The notes: generated by a model from the sequence alone, not told the origin. Shown: positions 35,087-44,553, numbered from the stretch's first letter. The stretch: DNA of 64,000 bases from an uncultured Candidatus Saccharibacteria bacterium (GCA_964630055.1 CAZVRA010000002.1:79021-143020); one strand, 5' to 3'. Numbers and translations are program-made.

Positions 35087-36058
35087 CTAATTGGGGTTAG
35101 TTGGGTTAGGCGGGATGGTTTGTGGTTTGTCTATAACGGCTTGTTCGGAACTGGCTTCTTGCTCGCTGACTTGGTTGATCACTGCCTGAGCGGTAGGTAC
35201 GGCCGCCGAAGTGGCAGCTTTGATTTTGGTTTCTTTGGCTTCTTCCTGTGCTATTAGAGCCTCCAAGTTACTGCCTTGTTGCGACAAGTCATTAATAGGT
35301 GTAATTACTTTGTTGTGAACACTAGTTTTGCTGTCGTCGGGTGTAGCGGCCGGTGCTGCTGTTGGGACGCTGGGCACAGCTGCAATCGAAGCACCAGCAG
35401 CATCGTTTGGCACGGGGGTGGGTGCTACAACTTGTTCGTTAACCACCGGTGCTGGGCTGACAGCAGCTACTGCGCTGGCCAGAACCTGATCGTTAGTAGG
35501 TGTTGGTGTTGGCGCCGGTGCGGCAGCATCCTGAGCCGCGGCTGGCTCGACAATAGTAGCGTTACTGACGCCATCTATGACTGGAGTTGGAGTTGGAGCA
35601 TCTACAGAACTATCGGTTGGCGTAGGTATAGCGGTACTTATGCCGTCGTTGCTGGTAGCTGCTGGTGCGGCTACTGGAGCCGGAGCTGTTTGACCATCCA
35701 GGACCTGTTGGGCTACTTGGACGACATCTTCTAGTGTGACTTGGGACTTAACAAGGTAGCGGTCAGCACCCAGCTTGTCGGCCCGAGTTTTGTCCTCGGC
35801 CTGGCTAAGGGCGGTCATCATAATTACTTTGGTTTCTTTGGTTTCGGGGGTGCTGCGCAGTATGTCTAGCATGTCAAAACCACTAATTTTGGGCATCATG
35901 ATGTCGCTGATGATTAGGTCGGGCTTTTCTTTAACAGCTAAGGCTAGAGCCTCTTCGCCGTCTTTGGCCGAGACAATTTCGTAGCCCTCTGCCAGTAGGC
36001 GCGCGCCGTAGATTTCTCGCAGATTATTGTCGTCTTCGACCAACATGATTTTTGCCAT
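35087..36058 (-). CDS. response-regulator receiver protein with ~200-aa Ala/Pro/Thr-rich tail, no DNA-binding domain
   Basis: REC domain (LVEDD...SDIMMP...KS) followed by low-complexity PAPVAAPAAT... sequence. Confidence 0.75.
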   Translation of the reverse strand: MAKIMLVEDDNNLREIYGARLLAEGYEIVSAKDGEEALALAVKEKPDLIISDIMMPKISGFDMLDILRSTPETKETKVIMMTALSQAEDKTRADKLGADRYLVKSQVTLEDVVQVAQQVLDGQTAPAPVAAPAATSNDGISTAIPTPTDSSVDAPTPTPVIDGVSNATIVEPAAAQDAAAPAPTPTPTNDQVLASAVAAVSPAPVVNEQVVAPTPVPNDAAGASIAAVPSVPTAAPAATPDDSKTSVHNKVITPINDLSQQGSNLEALIAQEEAKETKIKAATSAAVPTAQAVINQVSEQEASSEQAVIDKPQTIPPNPTNPN

Positions 36059-36160
36059 ACTAGGTTAATCCTTCGTGCGCTTATGTTAACTTATTAGCAT
36101 TATACCATGGTTTTTGGGCACTTTATCAACCAAAAATAAAGGGTTCAAAAAGCGCAATAA

Positions 36161-37549
36161 TTAATTAGCCGACTGGGGCCGTATAATATTGGGTTCGGCG
36201 TTTGGTTGGCTAGTAGCAGCGGCATTTTTGGCAGTTTTTTGACTGGCCTCGACAAGCTGGCTGGACGATATTCTAGGCAAATCTATATAGAACGTGCTGC
36301 CCTTGTTTAATTCGCTTTCTACCCAGATGCGGCCGTTATAAAGCTCAATTATTTTGCGGCAGATAAAAAGCCCTAGGCCGGTGCCGCCAATTGTGCGGGT
36401 GGCACGGTTGTCGATGCGATAAAATTTTTGGAACAGATGAGGTATGTCTTCGGTGGCTATGCCAGCACCGGTGTCGCGAACGTAGATTTGGACAATATCG
36501 TCGTCGCCGGTTAGGCCAATCGATATGCCGCCTTGGTTGGTATATTTTACGGCATTGTCGAATAGGTTTATTATAATTTCGCGCAAGCGTTCAGGATCGA
36601 CCATAACGTAGTACAGTGGTTTGAGCACCCTTGTGCTGCCGACTTCTTCGCCGTCATCGGTTGTTGGGAGTGGGGTTGCCCGCTGCTTATTGTCGCCCAC
36701 AATATATTCGAGCCGCAGGTTTTTTTTCTGGGCGGCAAAACGCAAATCTTCTACTAATTTGTCCAAAAAACTGCTTATTTCGGTGGCAACTGGATGGTTA
36801 CTAATACGCCCATCTTCTGCCCTGGCACTGGTTAGTAGGTCTTGGAATAATGTGCCAAGATGTTGCGTGGCTTCGTGGGCCCTTAGCAAATATTGTCGTC
36901 CGCGGTAGTCTATGGTGCTGACTTTTTCGTTTAGCGCCAGCGCCAAGTAGCCTTCGATGGCTGCCACCGGTGTGCGCATTTCGTGGCTGGCCGTGCTGAT
37001 AAATTCGGCGCGCTGCCTTTCGGCTTGGCGCTCTTTGGTGATGTCTCTAAAAACTCCGACAAGTCCGGTGATTTCGTTGTCGTCGTTTATTAATGGTGCC
37101 AGGCTGATGGCGACATTAGGTGTTTTGTTGGATTTGGTCACTAAAAGCAGGCTATCTTCGCGCAATGGTTCGCCTTGTTCTAGCACTTTTTCGAACGGGT
37201 TATCTACGTCCTGACAGGGGTGTCCTTTGTGATCGGTCAGTTTTATGACGGTGTTGTAGGCCAGGCCGCTAACTTCTTGCGGCCAGCCAGTGATTTGAGC
37301 AGCAGCTGGGTTAAACATGCGAATAATTCGATCCGAGTCGACCACAATAACGCCGTCATTTATGGAGCTTAAAATAATGTCGGATTGAACTTTTTCGGCC
37401 TGCAATTGTTCATGCAGAAGGCCATTGTTAGCTGGCGCTTGGCCGGCGCTGCCGCCCTTTTGCCGTAACTTTTGTAAAAGTAAAGATATCCCGAACACTA
37501 CTGCCGAGATAACTAGACCTATCCCACCGATAAAAAATAAAATACCCAT
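36161..37549 (-). CDS. PAS-domain sensor histidine kinase
   Basis: N-terminal TM, PAS-like region, H-box SHEMRTP, HATPase (DTGAGI, GTGLGL). Confidence 0.85.
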   Translation of the reverse strand: MGILFFIGGIGLVISAVVFGISLLLQKLRQKGGSAGQAPANNGLLHEQLQAEKVQSDIILSSINDGVIVVDSDRIIRMFNPAAAQITGWPQEVSGLAYNTVIKLTDHKGHPCQDVDNPFEKVLEQGEPLREDSLLLVTKSNKTPNVAISLAPLINDDNEITGLVGVFRDITKERQAERQRAEFISTASHEMRTPVAAIEGYLALALNEKVSTIDYRGRQYLLRAHEATQHLGTLFQDLLTSARAEDGRISNHPVATEISSFLDKLVEDLRFAAQKKNLRLEYIVGDNKQRATPLPTTDDGEEVGSTRVLKPLYYVMVDPERLREIIINLFDNAVKYTNQGGISIGLTGDDDIVQIYVRDTGAGIATEDIPHLFQKFYRIDNRATRTIGGTGLGLFICRKIIELYNGRIWVESELNKGSTFYIDLPRISSSQLVEASQKTAKNAAATSQPNAEPNIIRPQSAN

Positions 37550-37733
37550 TTAATTGCTTGTGGTTACTGATGTTAGTATATCAGACTGAGTACGGTGGTG
37601 ACAGTAGTTTTTTTGTGTTATAATCGACTTTCTGTGATTGCCTGATATTTATCATGGCCGCATACTATAAGTATGAGACCATTTGCTCACAAGATAAAAT
37701 TATACAAGTATAATTTGCACCTTACTCACTCAT

Positions 37734-37808
37734 GGCCGCATCGTCTAACGGTTAGGACACCAGGTTCTCATCCTGGCAATCGGGGTTCGATTCCCCGTGC
37801 GGTCACCA
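37734..37808 (+). tRNA. tRNA-Glu (CUC)
   Basis: GGCCGCATCGTCTAACGGTTAGGAC..., anticodon loop TTCTCAT, T-loop GGTTCGATTCC, encoded CCA. Confidence 0.9.
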
Positions 37809-37814
37809 AATTAA
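37790..37814 (+). repeat. 25-bp direct repeat copy 1 (3' part of tRNA-Glu plus 6 nt)
   Basis: attccccgtgcggtcaccaaattaa, identical to 37951-37975. Confidence 0.9.
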
Positions 37815-37817
37815 GAT

Positions 37818-37843
37818 ACCCACCACAGGTGGGTGTTTTAATT
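37818..37843 (+). terminator. hairpin plus T-run after tRNA-Glu
   Basis: ACCCACC-aca-GGTGGGT followed by GTTTTAATTT. Confidence 0.55.
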
Positions 37844-37950
37844 TGGTAGGTTTCGCTCTGGCGAAACCAGCGAACCCCGGTTCGAAGGCTAGAGCCACGC
37901 GCACAAGCTTGCTTGGAGTATGGCTCGCAAGCCGCAAGGCCAAAGGCCTT

Positions 37951-37975
37951 ATTCCCCGTGCGGTCACCAAATTAA
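37951..37975 (+). repeat. 25-bp direct repeat copy 2 (orphan tRNA-Glu 3' fragment)
   Basis: Identical 25-mer 136 bp after copy 1. It contains the stop codon of the convergent FAD-oxidase gene. Confidence 0.9.
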
Positions 37976-39564
37976 TCGTTATTACGGATGATATGGTCGG
38001 TGGTGTATTCTAGGCTGCCGCCGACTTTTTTGCCGGGGTTAAATATGCCCATGGGGTCAAACAGCTCTTTGACTTGGGCAAACAAAGTGTACATGTCATT
38101 GCCAAAAAATTGGGGCAAGAATGGTGTCCGAATAATACCATCGTTATGATCGGCACTAATGGACCCGCCCATGGCGATGGCCAGATTGTTGACGCGGGTG
38201 GCTAATTCTAGGACGGTATCGGTGGCATTGGCTTTGGACATGTTTATTAGCGGCACTAGGCGGACGCTGCCGTCGCCAATGTGGCCGGCGTAGGTGTAGA
38301 TTAATTTGTAGTCGTTTAGGATGGCTTCTAGGGCGCCCAGGTATTCGTCTAGCATATGAAGTGGCACAATGGTGTCCTCCAAAAAGGCCATGGCGCGGTG
38401 GTTTTTGTCGGGATTTTCTAGTAGCATGCGGAAACTTTTGCGGCGGATTAGCAAAAAGCTTTCGGCGACCTCTTGGTCATCTACCCACAGCACCTTACGG
38501 CCTATTTTTTCTAGGGCTGCCTGGGCTTTTTTGGTAACCGAATCGACATGTTGCTGACTGTCGCCGTCGAATATAACCATAACCACCATGTGCTTGCCTT
38601 TAGCTATGTGGGCTCGCTTGGCGTCATCCGGGTGGTATTTTTCGGCTAGTTCATATGTGTGATGGTCGAAGGTTTCGCAAGTTATTGGGTGATGATCCAT
38701 TGCTACCTGAACGGTTTCGGCCAGGTCAGACAGTTGGTCGATGGGCACCACAATCATGCGCTTGTATTCGGACATTGGCACTAGCTTGAGCTCGGCCTCG
38801 GTTACAATGCCAAGTGTGCCCTGCGCGCCCACAAAAAGACGAGCTAGGTTAAAATACTGCTGTCTAGCGCCCCAAATTTCCCACAGTGGATAGCCGGCGG
38901 CGTTTTTGACTGTTCTGGGATGTTCGTAATCTATTAGGTGTTTATTTTTTTCGAGTAGGGCGTCCATTTCGCGGTATAGCCGACCTTCAAAAGTTGGCAG
39001 TTGCTTTTTGGCCTCTAGCTGCTTAACGGTGAGCGGGCCGAATTCGTAAATTTGGCCGTCGCTGAGGGCGACCTTGAGCTTGCCGACATTTTTGCTAGTG
39101 GCACCGTAGCGGACCGATTGCTCGCCAGAAGCGTTGTTGCCAATCATGCCGCCAATACCGCAAATGTCACGCGACGAAGTATACGGTGCAAACAGGAGTT
39201 TATGGGGGTGCGTGGCTTTTTCGATGTCGATATGCATGACGCCGCCCTGGACCCAGATGGTCCGAGCAGTTTTGTCTAGGTAGCCGATATTGTTAAAATG
39301 CCGCGACATGTCTAGGATATAGCTTTCGGTTAATGACCCGCCCGACATGCACGTGCCGCCGTTGCGAGCGGTTAGTGAGACATCGGCTCCTTCCCGGCGT
39401 CGTTGAGTGACATAGTTGATTAGTTTACGGATATCTCGATCGTTTTTAGGGTGAATAACGGCGCTAGGGGTGACTTCGAATATACTAGCATCTCGGCTAT
39501 AAGCGCGGCGCGTAGCGGCCGAGCTGTCTACTTCGCCTTGTATAATATTTTTTAGATCGTTCAT
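37972..39564 (-). CDS. FAD-linked oxidase (GlcD / D-lactate dehydrogenase-like)
   Basis: PCMH-type FAD-binding domain (ARNGGTCMSGGS, GIGGMIGNNASG) plus a C-terminal FAD-oxidase domain. Confidence 0.75.
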   Translation of the reverse strand: MNDLKNIIQGEVDSSAATRRAYSRDASIFEVTPSAVIHPKNDRDIRKLINYVTQRRREGADVSLTARNGGTCMSGGSLTESYILDMSRHFNNIGYLDKTARTIWVQGGVMHIDIEKATHPHKLLFAPYTSSRDICGIGGMIGNNASGEQSVRYGATSKNVGKLKVALSDGQIYEFGPLTVKQLEAKKQLPTFEGRLYREMDALLEKNKHLIDYEHPRTVKNAAGYPLWEIWGARQQYFNLARLFVGAQGTLGIVTEAELKLVPMSEYKRMIVVPIDQLSDLAETVQVAMDHHPITCETFDHHTYELAEKYHPDDAKRAHIAKGKHMVVMVIFDGDSQQHVDSVTKKAQAALEKIGRKVLWVDDQEVAESFLLIRRKSFRMLLENPDKNHRAMAFLEDTIVPLHMLDEYLGALEAILNDYKLIYTYAGHIGDGSVRLVPLINMSKANATDTVLELATRVNNLAIAMGGSISADHNDGIIRTPFLPQFFGNDMYTLFAQVKELFDPMGIFNPGKKVGGSLEYTTDHIIRNND

Positions 39565-39593
39565 ATGCTACAATTATACCAATAAACATAAGT

Positions 39594-40790
39594 ATGATGA
39601 AAAAGAAAAGAATACTTGCAGTTGGCGGTGGTTTTGCTAGCGTAAAGCTAGCTCTTGAACTAGCCCATGATGAAAACTTTAGTGTCACATTAATGGCGCC
39701 CCATGACCAGATAGAATACCACGGAGCTTTGTATCGCAGCGCTACCGGCCGTTCGCCGCTAGAAGTCGTCATGCCCTTCCGCGAAGTTTTTGATAGCTCG
39801 CCTGACGTCAACGTGGTCAACGACTTGATGACCGAGCTAAGGGCATCGACCAAAGAAATTAAAGGCATGAGCGGCAAAACCTACGGCTATGATGCCTTGG
39901 TTTTGGGAATAGGTTACGAAAAGGAATATTTTGGCACGCGCGGTGCTCGTGAGCACACCGAATCGATGTACACTATTTATGACGCTATTGCTCTGCGCAG
40001 CAAATTGCTTAGGTTGTTTTTAAGACGTGCTGGTGGACATTGCGATGTGGTCATAGTTGGCGCTGGGCCAACTGGCGTAGAACTAGCTGGCGATATAGAA
40101 ACTTTTGCCTCGATTGTTGCCGAACAATATGGTGTCAAGGCAGCCAGACCCAAGGTCATTATAGTTGACCGCTGCGAGCACGTTTTGCCAATGCTGAGCC
40201 CGCGGGCTTCGGCCGCCGCCGAAGAGCGTTTGAAAGAATTAGGCATTAAGTTTATTGGCCGACATGCAGTTGACCGCTGCACCTCGCGCCATATCGCACT
40301 AAAGGGTGGCCGCATATTGCCGGCCGATGTTATTGTTTGGACGGCTGGTAGTCGGGCTAATCCGTTTTTTGAGCGCTACCCCGATATATTTGCGCTTGAT
40401 CCCAAAAAGCGTGTAGTCGTGGGCGAATATTTGCAGGCCAACAACCCCAATATATATGTGCTGGGCGATGCTGCCAGCACACCTTTTAGTGGCATGGCGC
40501 AGACGGCAATTAGCGATGCCTTGCAGCTGGCTGCCAACTTTAAACGCTATGTTAGGGGGCAGGATCTGGTGCCTTACCAGCCGCAAACACCGCTGGCGGT
40601 GGTGCCTATTGGACCCGAATGGGCGGTGGTCGACCAGGTGGATGCCAAAGGTCGCAAGCACTTATTAACTGGCAAAAAAGGCTGGCAGGTGCGCCGCGAC
40701 GCCGACTATTTTGTACTGAGCAACTTTTTGCCACCGTCGCTAGCCAAAAAACACTGGGAACGCGGCCTACAAATTGCCCAAATAAAATGA
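39594..40790 (+). CDS. ndh: type II NADH dehydrogenase-like FAD/NAD(P) oxidoreductase
   Basis: Two dinucleotide folds (ILAVGGGFAS; VVIVGAGPTGVELAG) and a GD motif (YVLGDAA). Confidence 0.7.
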   Translation: MMKKKRILAVGGGFASVKLALELAHDENFSVTLMAPHDQIEYHGALYRSATGRSPLEVVMPFREVFDSSPDVNVVNDLMTELRASTKEIKGMSGKTYGYDALVLGIGYEKEYFGTRGAREHTESMYTIYDAIALRSKLLRLFLRRAGGHCDVVIVGAGPTGVELAGDIETFASIVAEQYGVKAARPKVIIVDRCEHVLPMLSPRASAAAEERLKELGIKFIGRHAVDRCTSRHIALKGGRILPADVIVWTAGSRANPFFERYPDIFALDPKKRVVVGEYLQANNPNIYVLGDAASTPFSGMAQTAISDALQLAANFKRYVRGQDLVPYQPQTPLAVVPIGPEWAVVDQVDAKGRKHLLTGKKGWQVRRDADYFVLSNFLPPSLAKKHWERGLQIAQIK

Positions 40791-41203
40791 AATAGCTAGT
40801 TGTTGGGGTTGGCCGCTTTGCAGATTGGCCGATTTGCGGTTTACAAAATTGTATAAATTACAGCAAAATTGCTATTGACCCGCCAGCCCAATGAGCGCAC
40901 AATGTTTTTAGTCATGTAGACATGAGCGATTTGGGTTTTTGGCGGCTTGCCCGCCAGCACACCTAGCGACATCGTTTACAGGCTTTATATTTATAATTAT
41001 GCAAGAACGGTATACTTCGGTCCCTGCCTTCTAAAATTATTTTAAGGTCTCGATAGCCCAGGTACGCAGGACGGCATACCAAACTTACGGCTGTCAGCCC
41101 TCCCCCGGATCGGTCGCTTTCTCGGCTAGATCTGACCCTTAAGCCCGTCCGCCTACGGATTACATCCGGATAGGCACTACTTTAATTTTTATGGGGGATC
41201 ATT

Positions 41204-41524
41204 ATGACAACTACTTTTTGTGCAACATCTGGGCGCTCGGTATCTGGCATGGGCCGCAAGACCATTAATCGTGAGGTAACGGTAACTGGTTACCATTTTG
41301 CCAATCGAGCGCGCCAGAGCTTTCCTAGCCAGATTGAGTTCGATAACCAGCGGGTAACTTTTGCCGAAGCTGGCATGCGGTATTTGGTCAAAAAAGGACG
41401 GACTTTTGTAAAGCTATTCGATGTTAGCGACGGCAGTACTACATATAGGCTACGCTACGATCCAGATCAGGTGATCTGGACATTAGTTCATACAACTCCA
41501 GAGCCAAGAGGAGCCGGGCTGTGA
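41204..41524 (+). CDS. hypothetical protein translationally coupled to umuD-like gene
   Basis: 106-aa ORF with GGGGGA SD-like sequence upstream. Its stop overlaps the next start in GTGA. Confidence 0.4.
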   Translation: MTTTFCATSGRSVSGMGRKTINREVTVTGYHFANRARQSFPSQIEFDNQRVTFAEAGMRYLVKKGRTFVKLFDVSDGSTTYRLRYDPDQVIWTLVHTTPEPRGAGL

Positions 41525-41928
41525 GCAGCCCGGCCATTCGGCCAGTCTCGGAAGAAGTCACTGTACTGGCCGAAGCTGGCGTCTCGGTGCACGACGGGTT
41601 TCCCAATGCGGGCTTCGATGGAGCGCTAACTGGCCTAGACATTACTAGGCTGCTAGTTCAGAGGCCATCTAGCACATTTTTTATGCGGGCCCAGGGCGAC
41701 AGCGGCCAAGAGCATGGCATTTGCCATAATGACGTAATGGTTATAGACCGAGCGGCTCAGCCGTTAGATTCTGATTTGGTAGTTTGGTGGCGTGATGGCT
41801 TTAATGTTTCGACAGCAAAGGTGGCTGTCAAGTTGCGGCTAGATACGCCGATATGGGGCGTGGTAACGGCCACTATTCGTTTGCGTCGCCCGCCCGAGGG
41901 TTTTGTTGGTGAGCCACGTGGCAAATAA
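41521..41928 (+). CDS. umuD: UmuD-like S24 peptidase (LexA-fold)
   Basis: GFPNAG...STFFMRAQGDSG...NDVMVIDR pattern matches UmuD GFPSPA...TFFVRVxGDSM...GDLLVVD. Lies immediately upstream of umuC. Confidence 0.65.
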   Translation: MSSPAIRPVSEEVTVLAEAGVSVHDGFPNAGFDGALTGLDITRLLVQRPSSTFFMRAQGDSGQEHGICHNDVMVIDRAAQPLDSDLVVWWRDGFNVSTAKVAVKLRLDTPIWGVVTATIRLRRPPEGFVGEPRGK

Positions 41929-43225
41929 TTTGGCTGCTCCGGCCATTGCCCTGGTCGATTGCGATAATTTCTTTGTATCTTGCGAGCGGCTATTTAGACC
42001 CGACCTGGAGGGCCGCCCAGTAGTTGTTCTTAGTAGCAACGATGGCTGCGTTGTTTCCCGGAGTCAAGAAGCCAAAGCCATAGGAATCCCCATGGGCGCG
42101 CCAGCTTTTCGTTACCGAGAGCTTTTTATTCGCCAACGAGTCGTGCAGTTTAGTGCCAATTTTGAGCTATATGGCGATGTATCACGTCGTATAGTTCGCA
42201 TACTAACAGAGCATACCCCCCGCCTAGAAGTTTATTCTATAGATGAGTCGTTCCTAGACCTGGGCGAGCTAGGTAACAATATTTGTAAGACAACATATGT
42301 CAGGCAGTTACGGCAAAGGCTGCTTGGCGAAGTCGGCATACCGGTGTCGATTGGGGTGGCTACTACCAAAACACTGGCCAAGCTAAGTGCCGCAGTGGCC
42401 AAGCGGACCACCAATTTACAGGGCGTACTAGACACAACCACTTGTTCCAAGGATGCAATCAACAACTGGCGTCGTAAGTTGCCAGTTGAAGAAGTTTGGG
42501 GTGTCGGCAGGCGTTATGGGCCGCTGCTCAGGTCGCAAGGGCTGGCTACAGCCCAGGATATGGCAACGATGCGGCCACGGCTAGCTCGTAAATTAATGGG
42601 CGTTAGGGGCGAGCAGACCTCTCGCGAGCTAAGCGGCCAGCCTTGCCTGCGCTTGCAGCCAACCGACTCCCTGCCCAAAAGCATCATGCGCACTCGCACT
42701 TTTGGCCAAGATACCAGCAGCCTAGACGTTTTAGTGGCTGCTCTAGCACGTTTTGCTTCGGTAGCTACTCATCGATTGCGGGCTTCGGGCCAGCTTGCTA
42801 CTACTGCCGGCTGGTTTACTACCAGCAGCCCGCATAAACCTGGCTATGGTTACTGGCAGCACAAAGTTAAGCTAACCGTGCCCACGGCCGATCCGGCCAT
42901 TGTTTTAGACCTCATCCGTCCTTCGATTTTTGGGCAGCATAATTCTGGTCGAATCTATCATCGGGCTGGTTTTTGGTTGGCAGACTTCGTTCCTTCCAGG
43001 AGTCTACAGACAGACTTATTTGGTCAGCTAGACCCAGCTATAGTCGATAGCCGGCGGTTGCGTTGGCAAGCTATAGATATGCTCAACAATAGATACGGAC
43101 GGCATACTATTCGTTTGGCGGCCGAAGATTTGGCTACAACTTGGCAGCCCAGCCCTAGGTGCCGTAGTCCAGCCTATACCACTAACTGGAGCGACATACC
43201 TATAGCTGCTTTCCAAGCTTTTTAG
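41903..43225 (+). CDS. umuC: Y-family translesion DNA polymerase UmuC-like
   Basis: IALVDCDNFFVSCERLFRPDL...VVVLSSNDGCVVSRS...YSIDESFLD motifs. The true start is probably GTG 41918, nearer the conserved N-terminus. Confidence 0.85.
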   Translation: MLVSHVANNLAAPAIALVDCDNFFVSCERLFRPDLEGRPVVVLSSNDGCVVSRSQEAKAIGIPMGAPAFRYRELFIRQRVVQFSANFELYGDVSRRIVRILTEHTPRLEVYSIDESFLDLGELGNNICKTTYVRQLRQRLLGEVGIPVSIGVATTKTLAKLSAAVAKRTTNLQGVLDTTTCSKDAINNWRRKLPVEEVWGVGRRYGPLLRSQGLATAQDMATMRPRLARKLMGVRGEQTSRELSGQPCLRLQPTDSLPKSIMRTRTFGQDTSSLDVLVAALARFASVATHRLRASGQLATTAGWFTTSSPHKPGYGYWQHKVKLTVPTADPAIVLDLIRPSIFGQHNSGRIYHRAGFWLADFVPSRSLQTDLFGQLDPAIVDSRRLRWQAIDMLNNRYGRHTIRLAAEDLATTWQPSPRCRSPAYTTNWSDIPIAAFQAF

Positions 43226-43249
43226 TTGGTCAAAGTACTATTCAAAGTA

Positions 43250-44548
43250 CTATGGTTTAAAGGTTGCAGCGCCTTCATTAGAAACAACCGAAAACCATGT
43301 TTGGCCAGGGTTTAGTTCTATGGTTTTGCCAGCGGCATCTTTTAGGCTTATTTGTTCTGGTCCACTGCCCTTAGTCCAAGTGCCAGTGGTAGCAACACCA
43401 TCCTGGAATACCGTTACTTTGTTGGAGCCAATATTTGCATAAACGCTATTGACCCCGTTTGGCGCAATGCCGTAGTTCATTACTAATGCAACAACTACTT
43501 TTGGAGCAATCTGAGTGCCTGACTTTTCGTCTACATGAGGTTTGCCGCCCTCGCTTCTTTTGTAGCAATTACAGCCAGCTTCGTAGTCGAAATGAGCATT
43601 GTACAGGTAGCTGCTAATAGCTAGGTCAATAGATCGGGCCGTGGGCGCAGCGCTGGCTTTTTCGGCCTTGCGTGGTAGGCTGGTGAAAGTGCTGCTGGTG
43701 TAGCCTTTGCGCTGGTTAACAGCGTCTAATTTAGACATGCTTGTGTACATATTATGAGGGGCGTATCTTGTATTGACGCGCCAGTAGGCGTCGGGGTTGG
43801 CAAATTGATCGAGGTCTTTTATGCCTTCGTCACGTATTTTGGCCAGTCCGTCAGCGCTACCTCCAACATGAGCTACCGCTGCATCAAAACCACGCAACCA
43901 GTCTATGTAGTATGGCCGTACGCTACGCACCGGTCCGATGTATTCTGGCTGGTCTTCTTGGTGGAGTGTCAAAAAGCGCGTGATGCCGCCTTCGGCAATA
44001 GCCTCAAAAACAATACCAGAGTCAATAAGTCCAGACTGAGGCCGGGCATCGGGACTGTTTTCGATCATAATGGCCGTAACTGGCCTTTTGTTGAGCTCTG
44101 TTTTTACCTCTACGCCGGTGAGCCGCGAAGGCTCGGTGGTTTTAACTGGTGCAGGCGGTGGCGGTGGCGCAACTACCGCTGGCTTGGGCTGTGGTTTTGG
44201 CCGTAAAAACCAATAGGCTACTCCTGCCACCCCTATTAATAGAGCTATAATACCCAGCACTACAGCAATCTGTTTTTTGGCGCTTAGGCCTTTAAACCAA
44301 GCCGCGGGACTGCGTCGGATCTTTTTGCTGCTTGGAGCATTGTCCTTAGAGCTATTATCTGCTGAGGTGCTGATGGTTGCCAAATTTGGAGCTTGTTCGG
44401 GCGACTCCTGAAGTTCATCCTGCTCTATGTCTTTATGCTGATCGCCGCTGTTTGGGCTAATAATTTGCGATGTTTGTTTTGCCTTGCGCCTCGGCAAGAA
44501 TTCATTATTCATGTTTTTTATTGTACCCAGGCTTGCTGGTCGATGCAA
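43250..44548 (-). CDS. DUF3048-like secreted or membrane-anchored protein
   Basis: N-terminal TM and Pro-rich linker. ENSPDARPQSGL...AEGGITRFL resembles the DUF3048 (YerB-like) family from memory. Confidence 0.5.
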   Translation of the reverse strand: MHRPASLGTIKNMNNEFLPRRKAKQTSQIISPNSGDQHKDIEQDELQESPEQAPNLATISTSADNSSKDNAPSSKKIRRSPAAWFKGLSAKKQIAVVLGIIALLIGVAGVAYWFLRPKPQPKPAVVAPPPPPAPVKTTEPSRLTGVEVKTELNKRPVTAIMIENSPDARPQSGLIDSGIVFEAIAEGGITRFLTLHQEDQPEYIGPVRSVRPYYIDWLRGFDAAVAHVGGSADGLAKIRDEGIKDLDQFANPDAYWRVNTRYAPHNMYTSMSKLDAVNQRKGYTSSTFTSLPRKAEKASAAPTARSIDLAISSYLYNAHFDYEAGCNCYKRSEGGKPHVDEKSGTQIAPKVVVALVMNYGIAPNGVNSVYANIGSNKVTVFQDGVATTGTWTKGSGPEQISLKDAAGKTIELNPGQTWFSVVSNEGAATFKP

Positions 44549-44553
44549 CCTGC

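Noticed and set aside
35276-35734. 152-aa ORF rich in Cys, Trp and Arg.
   Set aside because: It is antisense to the Ala/Pro/Thr-rich tail of the receiver protein. It is an artefact of low-complexity GC-rich repeats.
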